From Paecilomyces variotii (taxonomy: Eukaryota): DNA of 64,000 nt. The stretch lies in NCBI GenBank assembly GCA_004022145.1, contig RCNU01000012.1. One strand, 5' to 3'. The notes below the pieces were generated by a model. The model did not search any database and had not been told where the DNA came from. It was given only the letters and a program-made list of their open reading frames with translations. Shown in pieces: positions 53,277 to 64,000 of the stretch. The position numbers were made by a program, and so were the translations under genes. How positions within the stretch are numbered: the first letter of the stretch is position 1; the number at the start of each line of letters is the position of its first letter.

Positions 53277-54712
53277 TCACGATTGGTTCAGGAGATATTC
53301 CACTGCTCCTTGCACACTACCACCGCTTCTCCGTAGAGCCTCAATATTCCTCTCGAATTCGAAGAAGCCCATATCGTTGAGCTGGCGCAGTTGGTCCGCG
53401 TATCTCTCCTCCGGAGGTCGATTGTCTGCCGGGGCTGCGCTAGGGAACAGCGCAGCAAAGGGATTAGCCCCGGCCTGGTCTGGACCACCCAAAGCCTGTA
53501 GCATCTGCGAGAGCGCGGCGGGGTCTCGAAGGAAAGGGTTCGTTTGCGGGTTAAAAGCATTAAAGGGTGCCTGGGCGCCTGGCGTCTGCTGCGAGCCGGT
53601 CGCACCAGGCTGGGCGGGCGGTTGTCCAAAGAGAGCGGGATTAAATAGCATAGCAAAAGGGTTCTGCTGGTTTTCCGTTCCTCCAGGCGTCGTTCCGCCT
53701 GCCGGTCCTTGGCCTGCGGCGGTCTGATCGGTTCCAGCGGAAGGCGCGGTGGGAGGATTGCCGCCAAACAGAGCAGCGAACGGATTCACACCTCCAGCTC
53801 CAGCTCCAAGGAAGGGGTTGAATGGCGGAGGTGGGTTCGCATTGGCCCCCTCGTTTGTCTGTCCTTGCTGTGCGTTCCTGTTTTCTTCCGGAGTCGTGTT
53901 CGTTACTCCCGGAGCAGGGAAGCCTGCATTGCCCGCTCCACCGAAAGCACCCCCCAAGCCCATGGCTCTCTGCATCTGTGCAGCCTGGCGGATCGCATTG
54001 GGATCAGTCAACATCCGGCGGAATTCCGGGCTCTGGAACATCTGCCGCACACCAGGTCCCATGTCGCGGAGCATGGGATTTTGCTGGATCATCATGTCGA
54101 TAATGGCGGGGTTTTGAAGGGCTTCGTTCATGGTGGACTGGAACTGAGGATTCTCGAGCATACTGAGCATAGTCTCTGTGTCAGGAGGAGGTCCCATCTA
54201 ACATCGAGTCAGTATACACAGAAAGCTATCCATCTTCTCTGGGTAGTCGCAGATCGACTCACTCCACCGTCCGGGCCAAACATCCCAGCACCTGGCAGCT
54301 GCGCAAACCCCGCATATCTTGCCCCAGTCAACCCAGCCAACGGATTATTGCCAGTACCCGCAGCAATGTTCGTAGGAACACCAGGCACTCCTTGGCTCGA
54401 AGTCGTTCCTGGAGCAGAGGCTGAAGTCTGAGCGGCTTGCCGTTGGTTGCTCGCGGCACTCTTCACCAGGTGAACCGTGTGTCCATCCTTAATCTTGTAT
54501 GTCGCAAGGGCCTCGTTGTCCTTCAGCACCCGCCCGGAATAGATCAATCGCTGGCGGTCTGCTGGCGTGTCTGCGTATTCTGAACTCGAGAGCTTGTTCT
54601 TCAGCTCTGATACGAGTGTCGACGTAGGCAGTGTGAACGTGTACTTGGCGTCATTGGAAGACTTGACGGTGAAGGTGACGGACTCGTCCGCCGCGGGGGT
54701 GTCATCAGCCAT
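53277..54712 (-). CDS. DSK2: Ubiquilin / Dsk2 (UBL-STI1-UBA), one intron ~54198-54262
   Basis: UBL QRLIYSGRVLKD..GHTVHLVKS, STI1-like M..NP repeats, and UBA PEERYADQLRQLNDMGFF..N..AL..SGGSVQGAVEYL. Confidence 0.95.
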
Positions 54713-55250
54713 GATATGACAATGTGGGGAAGTCAGCAAAGGGAGAGGCGAGAGGCGGGGGGCGTGATAGGATACGGATGATCTCTGATATACAAAGCCT
54801 AGGACGACGCGGACAGGAGAAAAGGAGAAGAGGAGAAGAAGTGAAGAGGTGAAGAGGTCGATGGCTCTCAGAGGATGAAACAAACGACGTTGACGAGACA
54901 ACTTCACGATCCCCAAAGCATTCGAGGAAGGCGGCAGAACCGAATCGTCCGGGCGGCGAGACGAGCCCTGAGCGCCGCCGGCAAAATAACCCACATTAAG
55001 CTAGTACTTAGTAGCCTGCTTCTGGCACCGCACGCTTTTTCGAATTTTGCATCTCTGTTGACAGAGCTCTGTATCCTGGCTCTGTCTGCTGCCCCTTCCT
55101 GAGGACACTCTGCGGAGAGTCCTTTCTCATCCCATCAGCCATCGCAGCGATGGGCTTTTCTGGTCCCTAGAGCTAATTTGCCTCGATTTGTCTCATTTGT
55201 CTCGCAACAAGGTGTCTGGCTGCCTTCAGCCAGAGAGCTAACTGCCCACC

Positions 55251-58200
55251 ATGGCGACCACCTCGAACATGTTTATGTATTCTCTCACCATCCAACCTCC
55301 TACCGCTATCACCCAGGCCATCTTGGGCCAGTTTGCTGGCACAAAGGAGCAACAGATCGTGACGGCGTCGGGTTCCAAGCTCACCATCCACCGCCCCGAT
55401 CCGACACAGGGGAAGATCACTACCCTCTACTCTCAGGATGTCTTTGGGATTATCCGCACCTTGGCCGCATTCCGGCTGGCCGGAAGTAGCAAAGGTAAGC
55501 TCGATTCCAGCTCGCGTTCTAGGACCAACTTAGTGATTCTTGAAGCTCCCGGGGCAGCACGATGTTCATCACGCGAACCCGCCCCTTGGCGGGGATATGC
55601 CCCGGTCGGCATCGTTGGCGTTGGTAGTTGAGCTATGCTGAGCATGCGTCTAGATTATATCATCATCGGGTCGGATTCTGGCCGCATCACCATCATCGAG
55701 TATGTGCCCTCACAGAACCGGTTTAACCGGATCCATTTGGAGACCTTTGGCAAGTCGGGTATCCGACGTGTCATCCCGGGACAGTATCTCGCGGTCGACC
55801 CCAAAGGCAGAGCTTGTCTGATTGCTTCGGTGGAGAAGAATAAGCTCGTGTATGTTCTGAATCGGAACGCACAGGCCGAGTTGACCATTTCCTCTCCACT
55901 CGAAGCTCACAAGCCGCAGACTCTCGTGTTCGCATTGACAGCCTTAGATGTCGGCTACGAGAATCCGATCTTCGCGGCTCTGGAAGTCGACTACACCGAG
56001 TGCGACCAGGACCCTACAGGCGCAGCGTACGAAGAGGTCGAGAAGACCTTGGTGTACTACGAGCTCGATCTGGGTCTGAACCACGTCGTCCGCAAATGGT
56101 CTGATCCTGTGGATCGCACCGCCACCATGCTCTTCCAGGTTCCTGGAGGAGCTGATGGCCCTAGCGGTGTCCTAGTCTGTGCGGAAGATAACATTACCTA
56201 CCGGCACTCCAACCAGGATGCTTTCAGAGTTCCCATCCCTCGTCGCAGTGGCCCGACGGAAAATCCAGAGCGGAAACGCTGCATTACCGCCGGAGTCATG
56301 CACAAAATGAGGGGGGCATTCTTCTTCCTGCTTCAGACTGAGGATGGTGATTTGTTCAAGGTCGCCATCGACATGGTAGAAGATGACAACGGACAATTAA
56401 CGGGCGAGGTCCGACGATTGAAGATCAAGTACTTCGATACAGTTCCTATCGCAACCAGCCTGCTAATCCTGAAGAGTGGTTTCCTTTTTGTTGCTAGCGA
56501 GACCGGCAACCATCACTTTTACCAGTTCGAGAAACTGGGTGACGATGACGAGGAGACTGAGTTCACCAGCGAGTCGTTCTCGGCAGACCCCAGTGACCCT
56601 CTGGAGCCTGTCTATTTCCGACCTCGAGGAGCAGAGAATGTGAACCTGGTGGAGAGCATCAATTCTATGAATCCTCTCATGGATTCTAAGGTCGCAAATC
56701 TCACCGACGACGATGCCCCTCAGATCTACACTATCTGCGGTTCTGGCGCTCGCAGCAGCTTCAGAACGCTCAAGCATGGCTTGGAAGTCACCGAGATTGT
56801 CGAGTCTGAACTGCCAAGTATTCCGTCGGCTGTGTGGACAACAAAAATCACACGTGCTGATGAGTACGACGCGTACATCATTCTTTCTTTCGCAAACGGT
56901 ACCCTCGTGCTCAGTATCGGTGAGACTGTTGAAGAAGTCACAGACACGGGCTTCCTTTCGTCAGCTCCCACTCTTGCTGTTCAGCAGCTGGGAGAAGACT
57001 CCCTCATTCAAGTGCATCCTAAGGGTATTAGACACATTCTGGCAGACCGCCGTGTGAATGAGTGGCCCGCTCCTCAACATAGGACAATCGTAGCAGCTGC
57101 GACTAACGAACGTCAAGTTGCCGTGGCATTGAGTTCTGGAGAAATTGTCTATTTCGAAATGGATGCAGACGGCTCGCTTGCTGAATACGATGAGAAGCGA
57201 GAAATGTCTGGTACCGTGACTTGCTTGAGCCTTGGAGAGGTACCAGAAGGCCGTGTGCGGAGCTCATTCTTGGCCGTTGGGTGTGACGACTCCACGGTCC
57301 GTATTCTCAGCCTTGATCCCGATTCGACTCTGGAAAACAAGTCTGTACAGGCTCTCACCTCCGCTCCGTCCGCTCTTAATATCATGTCCATGTCTGACTC
57401 CACCTCTGGCGGATCGACGCTTTACCTGCACATTGGTCTTTATTCTGGTGTCTACCTGCGAACTGTGCTTGACGAGGTGACCGGTGAGCTTTCTGATACA
57501 AGGACGCGGTTCTTGGGTGTGAAACCTGTCAAACTCTTCCGTGTTTCTGTCAAGGGCCAAACTGCTGTTCTAGCGCTCAGTTCACGCCCTTGGCTAGGAT
57601 ACTCTGACGTCCAGACAAAGGGCTTCATGCTGACTCCCCTCGACTACGTCCCACTGGAATGGGGATGGAACTTTTCCAGCGAGCAGTGCGAGGAAGGCAT
57701 GGTCGGCATCCAAGAGAAACACCTACGGTATGTATTAGCTCCACCCTCTTTTCCTCCATCTACCAGCCCACGATCACATGATGACAACTTGGGATCCGAA
57801 ATATACTGTGGAATCCACTTTTTATTGTACCAATTGTTCCTACTGAGATCAAAATCATTATGCTTCTGAGATACTCAACGCCGTGAAAGACCCGCTGCTA
57901 ATATAAAATTAGGATATTCTCCATCGAGAAGCTAGAAAACAACTTACTCCAGGAGTCTATCCCTCTGGCTTATACTCCGCGTCATTTTGTCAGGCACCCG
58001 GAACAGCCGCTGTTCTACGTTATCGAGGCGGACAACAACATTCTGTCTCCTGTCACTAGGCAAAAGCTGCTTGAGGATTCCAACATGCAGAACGGCGATG
58101 CCGCCATCCCTCCACCCGAGGACTTCGGATACCCACGTGGTACCGGACATTGGGCATCTTGTATTCAGGTTGTAGACCCGGTCAATGCTAAAGCGGTTCT

Positions 58201-59280
58201 GTCGAGCATCGAACTCGAAGAGAATGAAGCGGCTGTCAGCATAGCTGCAGTCTCATTTGCCAGTCAAGATGACGAGACTTTCCTAGTTGTTGGAACGGGA
58301 AAGGATGTTGTCGTCAGCCCACGTTCACACTCTGGTGGATTTATCCATATTTATCGGTTCCAAGAAGATGGCCAAGAGCTGGAATTTATACACAAGACTA
58401 AGGTTGAAGAGCCTCCTCTGGCTCTTCTGGGATTCCAGGGCCGTCTCCTCGCAGGTATCGGCTCGAATCTGCGTATATATGACCTGGGAATGAAACAGAT
58501 GCTCCGGAAGTGCCAGGCGCAGGTGTCTCCACGGCTAATTGTCGGCCTCCAAACCCAAGGCAGCCGGATAGTCGTTAGCGATGTGCAGGAAAGCGTGACA
58601 TATGTGGTATACAAATACCAGGAGAACCGCTTGATACCGTTTGTCGATGATTCCATTTCTCGGTGGACCACCTGCACTACAATGGTTGACTATGAGACTG
58701 TTGCTGGCGGAGATAAGTTTGGTAATATCTGGTTCCTTCGCTGCCCCGCCAAGGTGTCTGAGGAGTCTGATGAGGATGGTTCTGGCGCTCACCTAATCCA
58801 CGAGCGTCCCTATCTTCAGGGTACCCCCAACCGGCTGGAACTAATGGTCCACTTTTACACCCAAGATATCCCCACAAGTATCCAGAAGACCCAGCTTGTT
58901 GCTGGTGGGAGAGATGTCTTGGTATGGACTGGTCTCCAGGGCACGCTGGGTATGTTCGTGCCGTTCGTTAGCCGAGAAGATGTCGACTTCTTCCAGAGTT
59001 TGGAGATGCAGCTCGCGGCACAGAACCCTCCTCTGGCTGGACGAGATCATCTAATCTACCGAAGCTACTATGTTCCTGTCAAAGGCGTCATTGATGGCGA
59101 TCTTTGTGAGACTTATTTCCTACTGCCTAATGATAAGAAGTTGATGATCGCTGGTGAGTTGGATCGCTCGGTTCGGGAGATCGAGCGGAAGATATCGGTG
59201 AGTGCCATTTCCTGCCTCATGTTGTTGCTGCGGCTAGCTAACAAGCTGTATAGGATATGCGGACGAGGGTGGCGTATTAA
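55251..59280 (+). CDS. RSE1: Pre-mRNA splicing factor Rse1 / SF3B3 (SAP130); introns 55495-55653, 57728-57912, ~59198-59253
   Basis: [70 protein letters not shown] and terminal DMRTRVAY*. Confidence 0.97.
57772..57850 (+). ncRNA. Intronic box C/D snoRNA, predicted guide for 18S rRNA Am541 (snR41/SNORD62-type target)
   Basis: Box C ATGATGA (57778-57784), box D CTGA (57843-57846) and terminal GATC/GATC stem. The 12-nt guide CCAATTGTTCCT is complementary to 18S AGGAACAAUUGG. Confidence 0.85.
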
Positions 59281-60607
59281 ACAGGGTCGTGACAAGTTAC
59301 TCTGGCGTCTATGGCGGCGTTTTCTGTATTCCGAACAGCGGCTGATGTCTTGGTTCGGTGTGAACTACCGATGTATTTCTTCCATAATGACGGTCTAGAC
59401 AGCTAATTAATGCTGCATTTCATGCACAAAGCGGTGTTGTCGACCGCCACTGATGCTAACATTTGATAAGAACGAAGTAAAGCCACCATAGGATGTCTCT
59501 TTCCTCGCTCGGTCTGTCCGCACCTATCGGCTGATCTTGAGCTGGATGCACCGGTCCCCAAAAGGTCCGCTGTATGAGACGAGAGGAACTCGCGACGATC
59601 TTTGAGTACGGTTTTGTCCGCCATTGCGCTACGGATATCGAATCGTAATTTATCTGTCGGGACATCTATGTATATTAGCTGATCTCTGTACTACAAGGCC
59701 TGGTAGATTAGTCTACCCTGGTGTCTCCGCCACGTTGATCACCTCGTGTTCTGGGCTCTGTTTCTGCTTTTGTTTAGCTTATGTGGGTTCTCTGCAGCCG
59801 CTCGTTCTGGAGGCGGAGGGCTTTCATCCAGCCAGATAACCAAGCACTAGCTCAAACACAGCATTCTTTTCCCTTGAATTTAGTTCATATGAGAATATGA
59901 TGAGTCTAGCGTAAACCCATCGGGATACATACGATCTCAATATCCTTTCAGTGTCTGTATACCTGATTTGGAAATCTTCATCCGATACAGGTTGTTGAAA
60001 AGAAGTCGAATTCTCAAAGTTTCGCATGGATTAATACTCCATTACTAGCTCCTGACACTAGTATAGCATGTCGGTCTTACAAGTGCTTTCCCTTTGTCAT
60101 TGTGTGATAACTATCTTGTCCTGGTTGCATCGGAGTTGTCCTTCGGAGTATATCTTATCTACTGCGAGAACAAGACCGGGGACCCGTTTGCACCTCCAGA
60201 GCCCCGACGACTGTAAACAAGGACATAGATCGCCTTTCACCTAGATGTACGAAACATTTTATTGCAAGCAATGTTCCCATGCACGACACGAGAACTACTT
60301 AGTGAATAGCATCGGTGGCGAGACCTGACGTTAAACAAATCCGCTATTGACGCATGCCAGCTTCCCCCGCACGGCATGTCTGACCTCATCCGGTGTCTTC
60401 CCAAATCCCGCCGAGGTCTAGTACTTTGGAGTTCCATTCCATCAGTAACAGCCTCGGTCAATTGATTCCTTTCAATTGATCCTCTTGAGGAGTTCTATCC
60501 CCAACCTTGTTCGCGTTACCATTTCACCTATCTCATGGGTCTACTACCCCAGCCGCCTCAAGATCCTTACTGTAACTAGCAGGGTTATATCTCGCATTCA
60601 CATCATC

Positions 60608-62111
60608 ATGCCCCAGAAACTTACTCTGGGAGTAGCTCAATCCCACACCCTCTCGACCCTCTCCGAGACTCTCGCTGCCCTTGAGCGGATCACACGCCAT
60701 GCGGCCTCTCGTGGTGTTGATCTCCTCCTATTCCCAGAGGCCTATCTAGGCGGCTATCCCCGGACATGCGACTTCGGAGCCAGCGTTGGAGCGCGCGCTG
60801 CACACGGCCGGGACCAATTCCTACAGTACTTCCGGTCAGCAGTCGATTTAGGCGACACACCTACCGGGGCTGGGGATGATTGGGTGAATAGGAAATTACC
60901 AGTCGCGAAGGGAAGAGAGAGTCGAGGAGATGGAACGAGAGAGTTCCTTGAGAGAGTCGCGAGAGAGACGGGAGTCTTTCTTGCTGTGGGATTGATTGAG
61001 AAAGCCGGTGGTAGTTTGTATTGTGCTTTAGTATACATCGATCCTATCAGGGGAGTATTGGGGAAGAGGAGAAAAGTCATGCCTGTATGTTTGTTTGTCT
61101 ATCCTGACGCTTCGCGGTCGTAAATCATCCGGAACTGATATCCATCGATTCCCCTTTTTTTAGACCGGATCAGAGCGCTTGATATGGGCTCAAGGCTCCC
61201 CGTCGACATTGAAAGCAGTTACAACAGAAATCCGCGGCGTCAAACTCATAATCGGCGGAGCTATCTGCTGGGAAAACTTCATGCCTCTTCTCCGACAGAG
61301 CCTCTACTCACAGAATGTGAATCTATATCTCGCTCCCACAGCAGATGGAAGAGATACATGGCTCCCCTTGATGCGAACCGTCGGGTTTGAGGGTCGCGCT
61401 GTTGTTCTCTCTGCGAATCAATGCCTCAGACGGAATGATCTCCCAGACTGGATTCGAGGAAGCAGTGCCGCTCCTACTGCTAATGGACGTCCTATCTCAA
61501 CGGCAGCGCAGAGAAAGAAGTCTATCACAGCAGAAGGACCGCATGAGATTGTATGGCCTCAATCACCAGGTTCTCAGCTCCATCCGGATAAAGAGCTCGA
61601 TCGAAAGGCAGAGGATACGAGCGTTGCAGTAGAAACTGGGGACGGCGTCGGTGAGTATGGTCTTTATACATAATTGGTAGCAGTGCCTTACTGATGATAC
61701 TCGATTGGCATAGCCACACCCAAACCACAAGGTGGATTCCCCATAGGAAAGGAAAATGCGCCAGAGACTGGTAAGTCCTTTTCAATACACTGCCTTCTTA
61801 CAAGCCCGATCTTAATGCACTCATACGCAGATCCCACAAACCCATACGTCTCCCACGGCGGCTCCTGCATTATCAGTCCCTTGGGCGAAGTTCTCGGGGG
61901 TCCCATCTGGGATGTCTCGACAGAAGACCCTCCTATCAACGTCGACGACGTCGATAAATCAGCCATTGGCGACGGTCTGCTCATTTCTGAGGTTGACTTC
62001 GACGACTGCGAGCGGGGTCGATTGGATCTTGATGTCGCGGGGAGTTACTCGCGCAATGACGCTTTCAAGTTAACTGTGGAAGGGCTGAGTTTGGATCCGC
62101 CTCCTTTTTAG
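60608..62111 (+). CDS. Nitrilase (carbon-nitrogen hydrolase, Nit1/arylacetonitrilase-like), about 4 exons
   Basis: Catalytic triad motifs [18 protein letters not shown] and ICWEN. Also [10 protein letters not shown] and [12 protein letters not shown]. Confidence 0.92.
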
Positions 62112-62442
62112 GAATGTGTGTCCTTCTTTCCTTCATGTAGGCAGTTGGTCTATGTTGAAGCTAGGCACGTATATGTACATATGTTTTATGTTCAGTACGT
62201 GTGTGAAATTATGAAGAAAACGGCTTTCTAAAGAGCTATATAATGCGCTGCACAAAATATCAACAAGTTCATAAACCCAGACAATAGACGTGAGCTTTGC
62301 ACGTTCATACTGTCATATCTCGGACATTTCACATCCACCCATCATCATGAATATGATCTAACACCTCCTGGGCATAAGCTACCAATGAGGACGGTCTCCA
62401 GTAAATAACTGCCTTCACATCAAAAAGAGAGAGAATTGACTA

Positions 62443-64000
62443 TCATTCGAGGGGATAAACAGGAGCTTTGAGAAGCACACTTGTCGGGCCCTTGCCTCTT
62501 ACTTCAACAGCCAGGAAAGATGCGAACCGTATTCGTGTGGCTGAACAACTCTCATTCTTTTCAGACTCGCCCTGGTCCTTTGTTTCTTTCGCTACTATCG
62601 AGTTTGAGCGACTGGAAGCTTCTTGCTGGGGCTGAGCCGGTCCAGCGGCAGCCGCAGTAGGTTTCCTTCCCATCAAGCCCCCCAACACAGATCTCTTTCT
62701 CTGCTCTCTGATGGGTGGCATATTCTGCTGCGACGATTGCTGGGCCGCAGAGGAGGCGTCAGCACTATAGTTTGCAGACAAAGATTCATTGTCATCTCTG
62801 GTGTTGCCGGCATCTTCTCCATCATTCTGGCCATCTCCTTGAGCATCGTTCGCAGAGGGTCCCTGAGTATTAACTGACTCGAGTTTTGGATTTTTTAAGG
62901 GCGGAAGTGTCGTCTCCACTTTCATGTGAGTGTCATTGATCAGCGACCCCGGCGCGAAATATTCAATCCAGACGTCGCGAGATTCGAACGGAATCTTCTC
63001 AGCGATACCTACTGCATTCTCCACAATATTTCTTCCTGAACTATCCAATCCCGGGGGTGGAGGCTCGTTCAAATGCATCTCGAGGCTGGCAACCAACTTC
63101 TCCACTAGATGATCGATGAGGCGGGTGCGGTTTTCTTCCGCGGCCTTGCCTTGTAAAGCATCCTGGAGACCGTCCAGGGTTGTGCGGCGCCAATTCGAAA
63201 TCCTCGCAATGATGTTCTCCTTGTCCTCTTCTGTATACGTCTTGACACTCTGTCGCCGGATATTTGCCTCGATGTTCTTGAGCTGGGCACTCAAGGTCGG
63301 CTCGATGGAGGGATGAAAGTGCCGTTCGAACAGCTCATCAACCAGCCAGCGAGTAATTACCGCGCGTCCGACAGCGGTCATCTCCTTTGTGCCTACAGTG
63401 TGCGCATCCTCGTTCACGTATGGTTGTAGCCAAGTCGGAATGCTCTTCCAATCTTTCCTGGTAGAAAACGCAAGGTCTTTAATGGCTCCGTCGAGGCGAG
63501 TGAAACGGTTGGTGTATTCATTATCATCCAAAACTGTCCGCGAGGCAGCCATTCGCTGATGTGCTACAGTATTTTGGAGCTGTTGGACCTGGTTTTCCTT
63601 TTCGAAATAGTACCTTTTCACTTTTTGGTACTTTGCATCTGTCAGACAAGGCTCGTTAGCAATAAAGAGCGACGACTGCAGACCGGGATTTCTAATGACA
63701 TACGAAGTTCCTCATGTTTCTGTAGTAAGGCCCTCACATCTACCTCGGCGAGATCATCACGACTTTTGCTTTGAGGAGGCGGTGTCTCTCGGCCCTGCTC
63801 CTGAATATTCTGCTGGGACATCTCGCTCTTAAGACTGGGACCTTGGGCGGGAGCACCCGTACTCTGCACATAGAGTGACTGCGCACTGCCCTGGTTGTCA
63901 CTAACTTGGCCCTGTTGTTGGGCGGATTCTGTGGGCTGTCTCATGCTAGCAGATCGCTCCGCGGGGCTCATTCCTCCTTGATGTGGCGGCTGGGTGATGG
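62443..64000 (-). CDS. Conserved fungal coiled-coil protein, 5' end outside the window; function not assigned
   Basis: A 392-aa ORF joined through an intron (~63639-63702) to a Q/P-rich upstream exon: HEEL|..KYQKVKRYYFEKENQV..LDDNEY..RF.RLDGAI. Confidence 0.7.

Overview
Eukaryotic, intron-rich genomic DNA from a filamentous ascomycete. Gene content and GT..CTRAC..YAG introns look Eurotiales/Aspergillus-like, but the species cannot be determined. About 16 mostly housekeeping or metabolic genes are present: NADPH oxidase NoxA, NRDE-2, UTP10, a GMC oxidoreductase, a PTH11-like membrane protein, an NtaA/DszA-type monooxygenase, a Dur3-type transporter, an alpha-arrestin, an MFS transporter, a Cdc25-like arsenate reductase/phosphatase, choline sulfatase, TM9SF/Emp70, Dsk2, Rse1/SF3B3, a nitrilase and a 5'-truncated conserved gene. 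There is also an intron-containing tRNA-Arg(CCU). The main feature is an 8.36-kb AT-rich block (28533-36891) that the ORF track almost misses. It is a complete DNA transposon mutated by RIP (repeat-induced point mutation), with 20-bp terminal inverted repeats (TIRs) and an 8-10-bp target-site duplication (TSD). Reverting transitions by eye recovers an Academ-type transposase (+) and a convergent RecQ-like helicase (-), the AcademH architecture, plus a possible unidentified third ORF. It interrupts the arrestin gene, whose two halves rejoin in frame. Rse1 carries a box C/D snoRNA in intron 2, predicted to guide 18S Am541, and a structured first intron with a weak branch point. All calls are from manual reading; no database searches were run.
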